A stretch of DNA of 39,019 nt from Octopus bimaculoides (taxonomy: Eukaryota). This document shows, piece after piece, positions 24,609 through 36,856 of this stretch. The DNA is taken from assembly GCF_001194135.2 (NCBI RefSeq), contig NC_068988.1, forward strand, positions 63,062,555 through 63,101,573, in the 5' to 3' direction. Both the position numbers and the translations under genes were made by a program. Under the pieces are notes generated by a model. It ran no database searches. It was not told where the DNA came from and worked only from the letters and a program-made list of their open reading frames with translations. The number at the start of each line of letters is the position of its first letter. Positions within the stretch are counted from its first letter, which is position 1.

Positions 24609-26380
24609 AAATAACAGATATGTAAATCACGATAGTCATATTATTATCACTATTATTAAAACAAGGCATACGGACGGGCATAATTGTTAGTGCGTCAGAA
24701 TAAGGTAACGCATGGTATTTAGTTATATGTGTTTATATTCTCACAAACGTTGTTTTTGACATCGTTCTGCTGTCTAATGAAAGAAGTACCAATCACATAC
24801 ATTGAACGATAATCGAGTACATACTTTTGCTATGTCAAATAGCAACAACCTACTTTATTTTTAAATAAAGATATGACATATCGTATTAAACGAAATATTA
24901 TGCATCCAATTATTTTATGTGGGTGTAAATCACTGGTAATTTTTTTTCCCCCATTTTCATAATATTCTCTTGAAAAAATATTGTTAGATTTCGAATCACG
25001 TAAAACGATGGATTAATCTCAGAATAATATCTACTATGTTCCGTCACTGAATAAATTTGGAGCAATAATATTTCTCTCTGCATTTATTCCACTTCGGGTA
25101 GAAAATGCATGAAGAATAGTTATGAAATCATTCATTTTTCACACATCTGATCATGATTTACTCTTTTGAGTAATGCCAGAGTCGTTACATCACTGGATAA
25201 AATGTCACCAAGTATTTGATTTAGATCTCTAGCTTTCAGTTGAAATTTTGCCGAGACCATCTTTTCCTCTCTTGTTCTAACAATAGATCAGGGTTAGGGT
25301 TAAGTTTAGGGTACTGTAAATCTATCAGATCGACTACCGCAGGCTACCATGTTTCGCCTTTATACCTTTCTAGTCCAAATCCCCTCAGATCTTCTTTAGG
25401 TGGTAGATTTATTCCACAGGTCGCTCGGCCGCTACGAACTGTTATTTTAGGTACTTTTAAAGGAAATCGCCCTGTTGTAATCCTTTCGATCAGGTTTGTG
25501 GTTCGACTATAACTTCCTCTCTACCTATCTGCCAGAGTAATAAAATCTTTGTAAAAGGTCACATGCACTGCATTCCCACTCAATCAGGATTAGAAATATA
25601 TACATAAGCTATTCCTAAATATAACAAATCTGTATGGCATTCTTATGTCGTTCGTTAGGTTGTTTGGATTAATGCGTTTATTATACACAATCTCAAATTG
25701 GCCTTCACAAATTCCAATAAACTATGACTACAATTCTTCATACATTGAAAAAGTATTCTCGAAACTCTGAGATGTCGTGTTCCACCATTTTACTCAGTAT
25801 TACACATATATCGGCAGATGTTAACTTGTTAGGATTTCATCTTATTCTAGTTGCAGAACTTAATTCTCTTTTTCCATATATTTTATACATTTTACTATCA
25901 GGTAAAAAATGCTGGCAGACAAATAAAAATAGCATAAATGGGATACGCATGTAGACTTAAGAGGGAAAACATATAAGGATTAGTTTCAGCAAAAAGATAA
26001 TTCAGTTTCTTAAGCTTATGCAGCTTTCCCTAGCCTGGAGGAAGATTGATTCCGTTTTCCCCCACCATAAATAAAAGTTGACAAACCTATTTATAACATA
26101 AAGCTAGATTTTTATATCAAGAATGGATCTTCATATCGGACCGTGTTTTCAATATGTTTCTGTTCACATCCCTAAGTTTCCATCAAAACAGATAAAATTA
26201 CTAAAGTTAGGAGATTTTTTCTAATTTAAAAAAAAATATTTTTACGGGTTTTATTCATTGGAATTTGGTGACAATTGGACATGACGTTGAAAGATTCACG
26301 ACGAACAAATCGAGCTGGGTATTTTAATTTGGATGTGTTTTTAAATATGTATTTTGTGGTATTTTATAATATTCATTATA

Positions 26381-26575
26381 TTTTCTTCTCTTATTTGCTT
26401 CAGTCATTAGACTATAGCCATGCTGGAGCACCGATTTGAAGAGTATTTAATCGAACGAATCAACCCCCAATATATTTTTTAAGCCTGATACTTATACTAT
26501 CGGACTCTTGCCGAACGACTAAATTCCGAGGGATGAAAACAAACCAACACTGGTTGTCAAAAAAACAGACACAAA

Positions 26576-26645
<70 letters not shown>
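26381..26645 (-). mobile_element. SINE family A 3' half ending in (CA)n at a gap
   Basis: ttcagtcattagacta.agccatgctggagcaccg...aatcgaacgaatcaacccc...aagcctgatacttatactatcgg..cttgccgaac...aaacaaaccaacactggttgtcaa matches 31821-31980. Confidence 0.88.
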
Positions 26646-28221
26646 NNNNNNNNNNNNNNNNNNNNNNNNNNNNNNNNNNNNNNNNNNNNNNNNNNNNNNN
26701 NNNNNNNNNNNNNNNNNNNNNNNNNNNNNNNNNNNNNNNNNNNNNNNNNNNNNNNNNNNNNNNNNNNNNNNNNNNNNNNNNNNNNNNNNNNNNNNNNNNN
26801 NNNNNNNNNNNNNNNNNNNNNNNNNNNNNNNNNNNNNNNNNNNNNNNNNNNNNNNNNNNNNNNNNNNNNNNNNNNNNNNNNNNNNNNNNNNNNNNNNNNN
26901 NNNNNNNNNNNNNNNNNNNNNNNNNNNNNNNNNNNNNNNNNNNNNNNNNNNNNNNNNNNNNNNNNNNNNNNNNNNNNNNNNNNNNNNNNNNNNNNNNNNN
27001 NNNNNNNNNNNNNNNNNNNNNNNNNNNNNNNNNNNNNNNATATATATATATATACGCGCATGGGGTAATGCATTCACGTGCGATATAACTTTAGGAATAA
27101 GTTAATTATAATAATATTCGCCTGTATTTCTTTGTGTATGCTTGCATCTATTCACTTGTGTACATATTCTGTTTAGTGCGTGTCACTTTCTGTCCTTGCG
27201 ACCAGCTCGTTCCTGGACAGTATATCATTTTAGAGAAAAAGTCATTATTACTAACTAAATATATAGACTCTAAAACTATAGGAGAAACAATGAAAAATAT
27301 ATCATTTGAAAATGATTAATGACAGCATATTTTTTTCAGTAGAAATTTAATTGCATTATCTACTATAAATTAAACTTAACATTGACAAGTTGAATTTTAC
27401 TTTTTTTTTTCTCATTTAGTTTTTTTCATTATTACTTTTAGTTTTGTTTTCAGCAGAAAAGTAATATTACAAAGAAAAAGGTAAACGAAAACATGATGAA
27501 AAAAAAAGATACACTAAACTTATGAATAAAATACAACAAATAAATCGAACTAAGGAAAAAATTAAAAGAAAAAATATTAATTAATGTGTCTGAAAATTGT
27601 AATTATATCAATGTGAAAATTAAAAAAAAATATATGAAAGACAGAATTCATAAATCATAATTAAAATTTAATCATGTCTTAAGGGGGTCAACAAGACAAA
27701 TGACTCAAATATCATAATTTTACTGTATGTATCTACGTATGTATGTGTGTATATATGTATGTATCTACGTATGTATGTGTGTATATATGTATGCATGTAT
27801 GTATGTACGTATGTATTTATGTATCTACGTATATATGTGTGTGCATATATGTATAAATATACAAGCACGTACGCGCACGTATATGTGGCTGCGTTCGTAG
27901 GTAGTTAAATATCTAATACTTTTGCGTATGTGCTTGCATATGCAGGTATTTCCTGATGTTTTCCTAAATTTTTACCTCCCTATTAGCGTGTGCTTATATT
28001 TTGTTTTTTTCTTTTATTATAGTTGTCTCAGATTTGGCACCAAAGGTTGACTAGATGGATTAGTTTATACTCCAATGCCGGTAATTACACGCTTGGGACA
28101 TTTACTTTGGATATAGAGTTCGAAGAATATTTGTTCACGTATTTTCCCTATGACAATATATAAAAATGTATTATCAAATATGCTTAGATCTGTTATATCT
28201 CCATGCATGTACGCATACATC

Positions 28222-28223
<2 letters not shown>

Positions 28224-28285
<62 letters not shown>
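28224..28285. repeat. (CA)n microsatellite
   Basis: Directly visible. Confidence 0.95.
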
Positions 28286-29546
28286 TATATACAAGCACAA
28301 ACACATACACCTCACAGGCGCTCACTCATCACACACTCACGCACAAACACAAGCACTAACAGACACACAAAAATACGCATATATATATATAGTTATAATT
28401 GCAAAGAATAAAAAGTTTTGAATGGTACAACAATGCCCTATAGTACAAACAATGGGCTATATACCTGTTGTAATTTAGGAATCCATAGTCTGATAATATT
28501 TCGGAATAAGATTCCTTTTTCACATATTCTTAGATGGAGTCGCTGCCACAATCGGTTTTCCAACGGCTTTTCTGTTATTTTTTTGGTGTTTTTTTTTGTT
28601 TTTTTTTTTGTCGGAAGCGTCTCAGCAGTAGTCTCACGAAGCCCCTTCCGGAATTCCTCATGAGAAGAGCGTGAGGTCGGCCCTTTCTCAATCTCTTGTG
28701 TGCTGGCACATCCGTAGCGCTGCTTCTAAGTTAAGTATTATACATGCAGCTTCCTTTTTTTACCTTCTTTTTTCTCTTCTCTTTTTTTATCATAATCATT
28801 ATTGAGCATATTATCAAAATTGAACCTATACGCATCCAGATGTAGCTAAATAATANNNNNNNNNNNNNNNNNNNNNNNNNNNNNNNNNNNNNNNNNNNNN
28901 NNNNNNNNNNNNNNNNNNNNNNNNNNNNNNNNNNNNNNNNNNNNNNNNNNNNNNNNNNNNNNNNNNNNNNNNNNNNNNNNNNNNNNNNNNNNNNNNNNNN
29001 NNNNNNNNNNNNNNNNNNNNNNNNNNNNNNNNNNNNNNNNNNNNNNNNNNNNNNNNNNNNNNNNNNNNNNNNNNNNNNNNNNNNNNNNNNNNNNNNNNNN
29101 NNNNNNNNNNNNNNNNNNNNNNNNNNNNNNNNNNNNNNNNNNNNNNNNNNNNNNNNNNNNNNNNNNNNNNNNNNNNNNNNNNNNNNNNNNNNNNNNNNNN
29201 NNNNNNNNNNNNNNNNNNNNNNNNNNNNNNNNNNNNNNNNNNNNNNNNNNNNNNNNNNNNNNNNNNNNNNNNNNNNNNNNNNNNNNNNNNNNNNNNNNNN
29301 NNNNNNNNNNNNNNNNNNNNNNNNNNNNNNNNNNNNNNNNNNNNNNNNNNNNNNNNNNNNNNNNNNNNNNNNNNNNNNNNNNNNNNNNNNNNNNNNNNNN
29401 NNNNNNNNNNNNNNNNNNNNNNNNNNNNNNNNNNNNNNNNNNNNNNNNNNNNNNNNNNNNNNNNNNNNNNNNNNNNNNNNNNNNNNNNNNNNNNNNNNNN
29501 NNNNNNNNNNNNNNNNNNNNNNNNNNNNNNNNNNNNNNNNNNNNNN

Positions 29547-29610
29547 CAGTTCACGGGGATATTCAGCGTGACACAGTGTGACATGGCTGACCCTTTGAAT
29601 CACAGGCATA
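29547..29610 (-). mobile_element. SINE family C central fragment, cut by a gap
   Basis: agttcacggggatattcagcgtgacacagtgtgacatggctgaccctttgaatcacagg matches, as a reverse complement, the central part of the family C consensus as I recall it. Confidence 0.65.
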
Positions 29611-29652
29611 ATTAAAAAAAAATATATATATAACACATATATATATATAAGG

Positions 29653-29713
<61 letters not shown>

Positions 29714-29714
29714 T
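29653..29714. repeat. (GATA)n microsatellite
   Basis: Directly visible perfect run. Confidence 0.95.
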
Positions 29715-30710
29715 ACGTATGTGTGTGTGATGTATCCTGTGAAGCATAATATACAACCAGTGATATTTAATTATCATTTTAAAGTAAAACGATTATGTGA
29801 TTCTAATTATATAATTAGGAAAAGGTTTGTAGCAACTACTATTTGAAGGAAACATACGAAAATATCAGTTTATAGTAACACTGTAAACCAGGATGTAAGA
29901 ATTTCGGATTTTTAAGTACTGATTTTTTTCAGTATATATTTTGCTTCAACGAATGGCGTCATATATCAAGGTATAATATATCTTACCATCCTGATTTCTT
30001 TGAGGAGCATTTAATAGACATAGAAAGCTCAAGACGACTACATCTGCTTCCGACCTTCTGAACTGGAAACACAACTGCTTTAATGTCAATGTGAAAGATC
30101 TAATTGCTGTGTTATTACTTTACTATAAGCCACCTCAAGAGCTAACTGACATTCTAAGGAGATTAAAGCTAACATGGGCAATTTTTTATCATTCATTCTA
30201 GAACGAAGGGACAACTTTATGGCTTGTGCTGGCTAAGGTCTCGCGTCGCAACTAAGCTATTGCGGGAAGTTGAGATATAATATGGAATGAATGGCGATGA
30301 TGAATTGAAGTACATAATTGGAGATTATTATCTCGACACTTATATTGAGGATACTGCTAATGCTCATAATCACATTGCATGGTTTTCAAATGTCAAAGTC
30401 GCGTATGATTCCATTTTATCCTGGCAGAGTATCCGTTAAAACTCCGGTGTTTTCACGTTTTCTACGTAAAAACATTACATTAGATTTGAAGGATTAAATT
30501 TAAAACTATCCTTTACTGCAATACTCAAGATTCACTCGAACTATTTACAACATAACTCAATGATAGTAATTTCATTCGACTACGAATTCCTTTCTGCCTT
30601 TTTATACAGAAATTTGGGCTTTTTATATTCTCTGACCTACTTATATTCCAGGTGAATATCGCATTTCGGAGCGACCTGGGTTGTTTACATCTCAATCCGT
30701 TTGAACAGCA

Positions 30711-30916
30711 AAGCAGCAAGCTGTCAGAATCATTAAAACGCCGGCTAAATTCTTTGCGGCATCTCTACTGCTTTTGCGTTCTGAGTTCAAATTCCGCTGA
30801 TGTCAACTTTGCCTTCCATCAATTAAGCGTTGATAGTAATATTTGAGAAGTGGAGTTGATGAATCAATTGACATACATTCCCAAAATTTCAGGCTGTGAG
30901 ACAAATTTTAAAACCA
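30711..30916 (+). mobile_element. tRNA-derived SINE, family B, diverged near-full copy
   Basis: agctgtcagaatcattaaaacgccgg head, gttctgagttcaaattccgctgatgtcaactttgccttccatc B box plus core, tail ccaaaatttcaggc...aaattttaaaacc. Confidence 0.85.
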
Positions 30917-31737
30917 ATCTCTCTGACCTAAGTTTTATGGAACATATTTCTATCTTTTTGAAAAACATGAATCTGAGAAGCCTTAATACATCACGACCAT
31001 TTTCTTTAAACATGGATAAAACGAACGCCTTCTCATGCGGTTTACTCCAAAATGTAAGATCAATTATGTATTTGTGACTCTAGTATATTTTTGCACCAGG
31101 GAACTGCTTAGAAGAAGAGCTTTTTATCAAAAAATATATGTTACCATTCAAAACTCTTTGAAGAGCAGCCACTGGAAAATGTTACACCTCTACATCTGCA
31201 GTGAAGTTTCTGGAAGACCAGCTACGGACACCAAACTGCTTTACCTGATAATGTAAAGGATCGAATATAGTGGCAGGGCTCTTCTTGTAAAGCTGAATAA
31301 TCAGATACACTGCTATGAAGAAGCTATAAGGACGTTTTATAGAATACAGTTCCGAAACACATCTGCGAATATTGATGATTACTGCATCATTTAAAACTAA
31401 ATTTAAATAACGTGCATAATTCTATGGCAAGAATATGATTACAGCAACTGCTCTAAATTTTGTTTGCATAAAAGGTATATAACACATGGTGCTTGGTTCA
31501 CTAAAGTGAGTGTACGACTGTTATTGACAAATCTAACTGTTTGATGGATGGAAGAATAATGTTGAAATATTCAGCTTTTGCTTCAAGCAATTTGCTGAAA
31601 TCCGTTCAGCTACATCCCTGATTACTATTAAATATTGAACGACGAATGCAATTGATCTGTTCTGTTGATATCTGACTTAAAAAGTTATTGCAAAATCGTT
31701 ATCCACCTTGATTATAACGATTTTATGACGAAACCAT

Positions 31738-31795
31738 TATGAGTTCAAATTTGACTAAGGTCATCTTAACCTTTCATCTTTCTAAATTCGATAGA
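31738..31795 (+). mobile_element. SINE family B core fragment
   Basis: tgagttcaaatttgactaaggtcatcttaacctttcatctttctaaattcgata is a diverged B box plus core. Confidence 0.7.
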
Positions 31796-31800
31796 ATATA

Positions 31801-32015
31801 TATTTTTTTCTTTTATTTCTTTCAGTCATTTGACTGCGGCCATGCTGGAGCACCGCCTTTAGTCGAGCAAATCGACCCCAGGACGTATTCGTTGTAAACC
31901 TAGTACGTATTCTATCGGTCTCTCTTGCCGAACCGCTAGTTGACGGGGACGTAAACACACCAGCATCGGTTGTGAAGCGATATTGGGGGGAAAACACAGA
32001 CACACAAACATATAC

Positions 32016-32069
<54 letters not shown>

Positions 32070-32233
32070 CCACGGGCTTCTTTCAGTTTCCGTCTACCAA
32101 ATCCACCCACAAGGCTTTTGTCGTCACGAGGTCATAGTAGAAGACACTTACCCAAGGTGCCACGCAGTGAGACTGAACCCAGAACCATGTGGTTAGCAAG
32201 CAAGCTACTTACCACACAGCTACTCCTGCGCCT
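31801..32233 (-). mobile_element. Full-length tRNA-derived SINE, family A (abundant octopus SINE) with internal (TA)n
   Basis: Reverse strand begins aggcgcaggagtagctgtgtggtaag (A box, 32222-32208), then ggttcagtctc (B box, 32179-32169) and CORE-like ggcaccttgggtaagtgtcttctactat. An internal microsatellite lies at ~32010-32063, and it ends ggtgctccagcatggccgcagtcaaatgactgaa plus an A-rich tail. Confidence 0.95.
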
Positions 32234-32694
32234 AGATCAAGAACAGTTGCTTTGCACTAAATGTTTCAATTAATATGATGGTTTACTGTAATGGATGAAA
32301 TAACCTCCATTGTTTGTTCCACCTCTTTAACTTTTTAGATATAAGAACTGCTCGGTTAGATTTTTTACTTCTGTTAGGATTCAGTAAAATGAACTACTTG
32401 CGTAGATATAATTAAATAACACACTCCCAGCAAATCTGTAGCCTTCACTCGTAATTGAAATTACTGATACTGTATTTGTTGCTAATCTTCTTCTTACTGG
32501 TGTGCTCTGTGTGTGAAGGACGAGGGAGATTATTTGCAAGACAAAAAAAAACAGAGTGGCCCTCAGTGAGTTACTCTAAACGCCAATTCCGCGTTTCCAT
32601 ACTCTCTTTGCAAAAGCATAAATTCTATTACAAATTGTTGTCACAGATTTTATTCTCCTTCAAACGTATTTTTGTCACATCAAAATAACGAAAG

Positions 32695-33024
<330 letters not shown>

Positions 33025-34399
33025 GTAACGAGAAACAAAAAACTAAAAATAATAGCCATTATTATAATTTGAAAATTTATAGTTTTTTATCTGTATTTTT
33101 GTAAACAAAATGCTTTACATTGAAAAGAGATGTGATGGCAAAATCACACAGCTGCATAATATTTGGAAACAATATAATCTCCTGCTGATAGCGTTCGTTT
33201 AATATGACTTTGCATATCGACCGACTACTAACTCTTCTTACAATGTATTTGATCGGTGAGGCTATTTATTTTTCATACATAGAGAAACCCCTAGTCAAGT
33301 TATACCTTGAAAAAAATATAAAGGCATAATAATACCTGGAATGTGTTTCTAAATGCATAAAAGGCTTTAATGCCAGAGCCTTATGTGTGAGTGGTTTTCT
33401 TTTTTGTTTTTGTTATTAATAGCTTGTTTATATGTTTACCTTCTCACAAAAGCTATAAACATTCAATATATTCGTTTGATGAAGAGAACACACAATATGC
33501 TAATCATAAGGTATAGAGATTATTGGTTTTGTCAGGAGGGGTTGACTATTTTTATTTTTCCCTTTTTTTATCAAGGACATGTTAAGTGTCCTCCTTTGTG
33601 TTAGAATGTCATAAATGACAATCATTTTTAATAACTACATCAAATCTTCTCCTCCGCAACATTTATATATAAGTGCATATATATAGTCAAAACAAGTAAT
33701 GATGTATGTGTGTTTGTGGGTGCATGTGTGTGTGCGTGTTTCTAGGGTGGTGGAGGACAAATGCGTAAGTGTTAAATGTGCACGTATGACTTTTACCATG
33801 TATAAAATATAACAAGGATTTTGTCGTTCACTACAAAAGTATTCTTCCTAAATAATATATGCATACATATTTATATCCTATAGTGTACATATGCACACCT
33901 GAAGGTGCGCTTATGTGTGTTTTTGTGCGTCTGTATGTTTATACGTGCGTGTATGTATGTGCGTGTGTGTACGTTTTGTAAGTAAGCACCATTATGATTG
34001 CGATTGCTTGCAAGACTTTGGGTTTACCGTCGCATATGTACATTTATATATATATATATTAATAATTGGAAAGTATACACAGAACTACAGAACAATTAAT
34101 ATATGGATGTATATATATATGTGCAATATCAATAGAAACTATAAATTTAAAAATATTTACATAAATGTTTTTTTATTAAATCAGCAAAATTTATGCTTTA
34201 AAAATGTCATACATCAAAGATTTGCAGTTCACATTTATAACAATGCGTATATATTTTTCGTGTGGATCATATATGCATGCATACATACAAACATACACAC
34301 ACACACATAGACACACACGCACTCATACACACACATATTTCTATATATGCATATAGATATGTTTCGTATATTCACATTCACTCATGCATACATGTATAC

Positions 34400-34405
<6 letters not shown>

Positions 34406-34450
<45 letters not shown>
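34406..34450. repeat. (TA)n microsatellite
   Basis: Directly visible. Confidence 0.95.
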
Positions 34451-34454
<4 letters not shown>

Positions 34455-35538
34455 AATTTTTGTATATATGTTATATTTATGTACAGTGTACATGGTGTGT
34501 GTGTCTACAAACACATATGCATGAATACACACAGACATGCATCATACATACATATTCCAATGCATACATGCCACCTTATATACATACATTTATATATTCA
34601 TATGGAAATGCGAAAAAAATTGCGAAAATTTTCATATGTAAATCGTTTATGCGTGCATCGTGATGAATTTGCAAATTTCACTATGGCTATTTCTTTATTT
34701 ATGTTTATTTTAAAACGATGTTTGGTATGTCTATTAAGAATATCGCATCTTATAGGCCTCATATTCCGAATGATGTCATTGTACTGACGGGTTGCTGAAG
34801 CGTTTCTAAAAATTGCAACAAAGAATCATACATATGATATTGTAACTTATATGAATTTTCATGGCCTTATTTAACACTGATTATCGCTAAATTCCAGATT
34901 TTATGCTTTCTGTATTCAAGTTTATTGCATCCATGTGTTGAATTTTCAGGATTGTGTTTTGCCAACAGAGAAAGATTTTATAATAAGTTATCATATGCAC
35001 AGAGAAGAGTGACAATCAAAACTAAGGTGTACAGCTATATTCCTAATACGATTCTGTTAATCGGTGTGGTATTTCCTCTTTGGAGAACAGTGCAGTTTCG
35101 CCCTTCAGATGACGTACTTTTACAATACATTCGATTCATAGACGTAAGAAGAGATTGGGGCTCCATAGTATTTAGTTCTGCATATGTACGTATATATGCA
35201 CGTATATATATATTTCTGCGTATGTACATATATATGTACATATATATTTTGTGAAATAAACTTTTACTATATGGCGATTTATAAATGGTTTCACAGACAT
35301 CAGAATATATTAGGAAATAATTTGCTTTCTGAATTCTATAAATATGAGTCACGAAGTTCGTTTTCATTCATATATGTTCAGATAGGTTTGAATATACATG
35401 TACATCTTTATATCACATACGCACATATGCGCGTGCGTATGTTTCTTTGGGTGTATGAGTGTTTATGTGAAGTTACACGTATGACTACTACTCTATGAGT
35501 AAGATCTCCATGTTTTCTACCATTGTCCAGTTACATAC

Positions 35539-35582
35539 CAATATGGTGATTAGTGATATACAATATGGTGATTAGTGATATA
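35539..35582 (+). repeat. Perfect 22-bp tandem duplication
   Basis: caatatggtgattagtgatata x2. Confidence 0.95.
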
Positions 35583-35892
35583 CATAGCATATGTTTCGAA
35601 CAGTAAGACAAATATAAATATAAATTGTTAGATCCTACGTACGTCTCACCATTACAGTTCTCTGGAATTCAATATTGGACGTTTCAAGTCCATTTTGATG
35701 CATATATGAAACGGATCATAAGTGGAACGCTCTAATGCATTTTGAATCGCATAAACTGTCACCTTTTCATCCAATGAGCTAATGAATTCCAATGCATTTA
35801 GAACGTCCAATGCTGAGATCCAAATCATTGCAGTGGTTAAACATGCATAGGAACTAATAGGTTTTACTTGTTTATGTCTTAATTTTCCGATA

Positions 35893-35927
<35 letters not shown>

Positions 35928-36369
35928 NNNNNNNNNNNNNNNNNNNNNNNNNNNNNNNNNNNNNNNNNNNNNNNNNNNNNNNNNNNNNNNNNNNNNNNNN
36001 NNNNNNNNNNNNNNNNNNNNNNNNNNNNNNNNNNNNNNNNNNNNNNNNNNNNNNNNNNNNNNNNNNNNNNNNNNNNNNNNNNNNNNNNNNNNNNNNNNNN
36101 NNNNNNNNNNNNNNNNNNNNNNNNNNNNNNNNNNNNNNNCACACATTCGCACATACATAATTCTGATACTGATTGGGGATATTAGCATAGAGTTGGAGTG
36201 ATAATAGGTACCATGAAATTTCCTGCATTCTACATACGATTATTTATTATCTCCCTATTTACCACACGTGGAGGAAGATTATACACTATCGCCTCCCCTA
36301 GAAACTAGAACATTACAATTCTTATTACATCTCGAAAGATGATTATATGAAACATATAAGTAAACGTGG

Positions 36370-36856
36370 GTAGAAGTTCAAAGCCGAATAGCACTTGCAA
36401 CAGTCTTTGTCAAAACTGTATGCCATCTTGAAAAATCGTACCGTTGTCATCAAGACCAACGATCCGTATCTTGAACTGGTATGTCAACTCTGTGATAAAT
36501 CACGGAATTGGGGTATGGTCTAAAATATTAGAAATGAGATTTTTGAAGATCTGTGCAATATGTTTATAAAAGAGAACTTTGGGGATAGCATGATCATACA
36601 AAACATCTGACGCAAAAGTGATGACTCTAAGAAACTACTTCGTGTGATAAGGTCCAAGAAACTAAGATGTCTTGTTGATCTAATAGATTAAGCGGGCCTG
36701 GAACATTTCGTGATGGTCGGAAGTATTGAAGGGAAAAGTAACCGAGGAAGGACAAGGTTGATGTTGATGTTGATCATTACGAAATTGCTGGACGTCATAG
36801 GCGTTACACAAAACGTAGAATAGAGAAACGTGACAGGATGTGTTTGCCAATATCCT
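36370..36856 (+). mobile_element. RTE-clade LINE remnant (C-terminal part of the RT ORF, heavily degraded)
   Basis: Successive frames give VEVQSRIALA, SKLYAILKNRTVVIKT, YVNSVINHGIGVWSKILEMR, L*KRTLGIA*SYKTSDAKVM and KLLRVIRSKKLRCL...GLEHFVMVGSIEGKSNRGRTR (36695-36757). These are collinear with the RTE/BovB C-terminal pattern EIKRRIA.AK..F / YV.S.LLYG.E.W / YRRMLRISW / IRKRQL / GKIEGKR.RGR.R. Confidence 0.8.

Noticed and set aside
11307-32233. tRNA genes at the A/B-box motifs
   Set aside because: All are SINE heads followed by SINE cores; no cloverleaf with an acceptor stem is evident.
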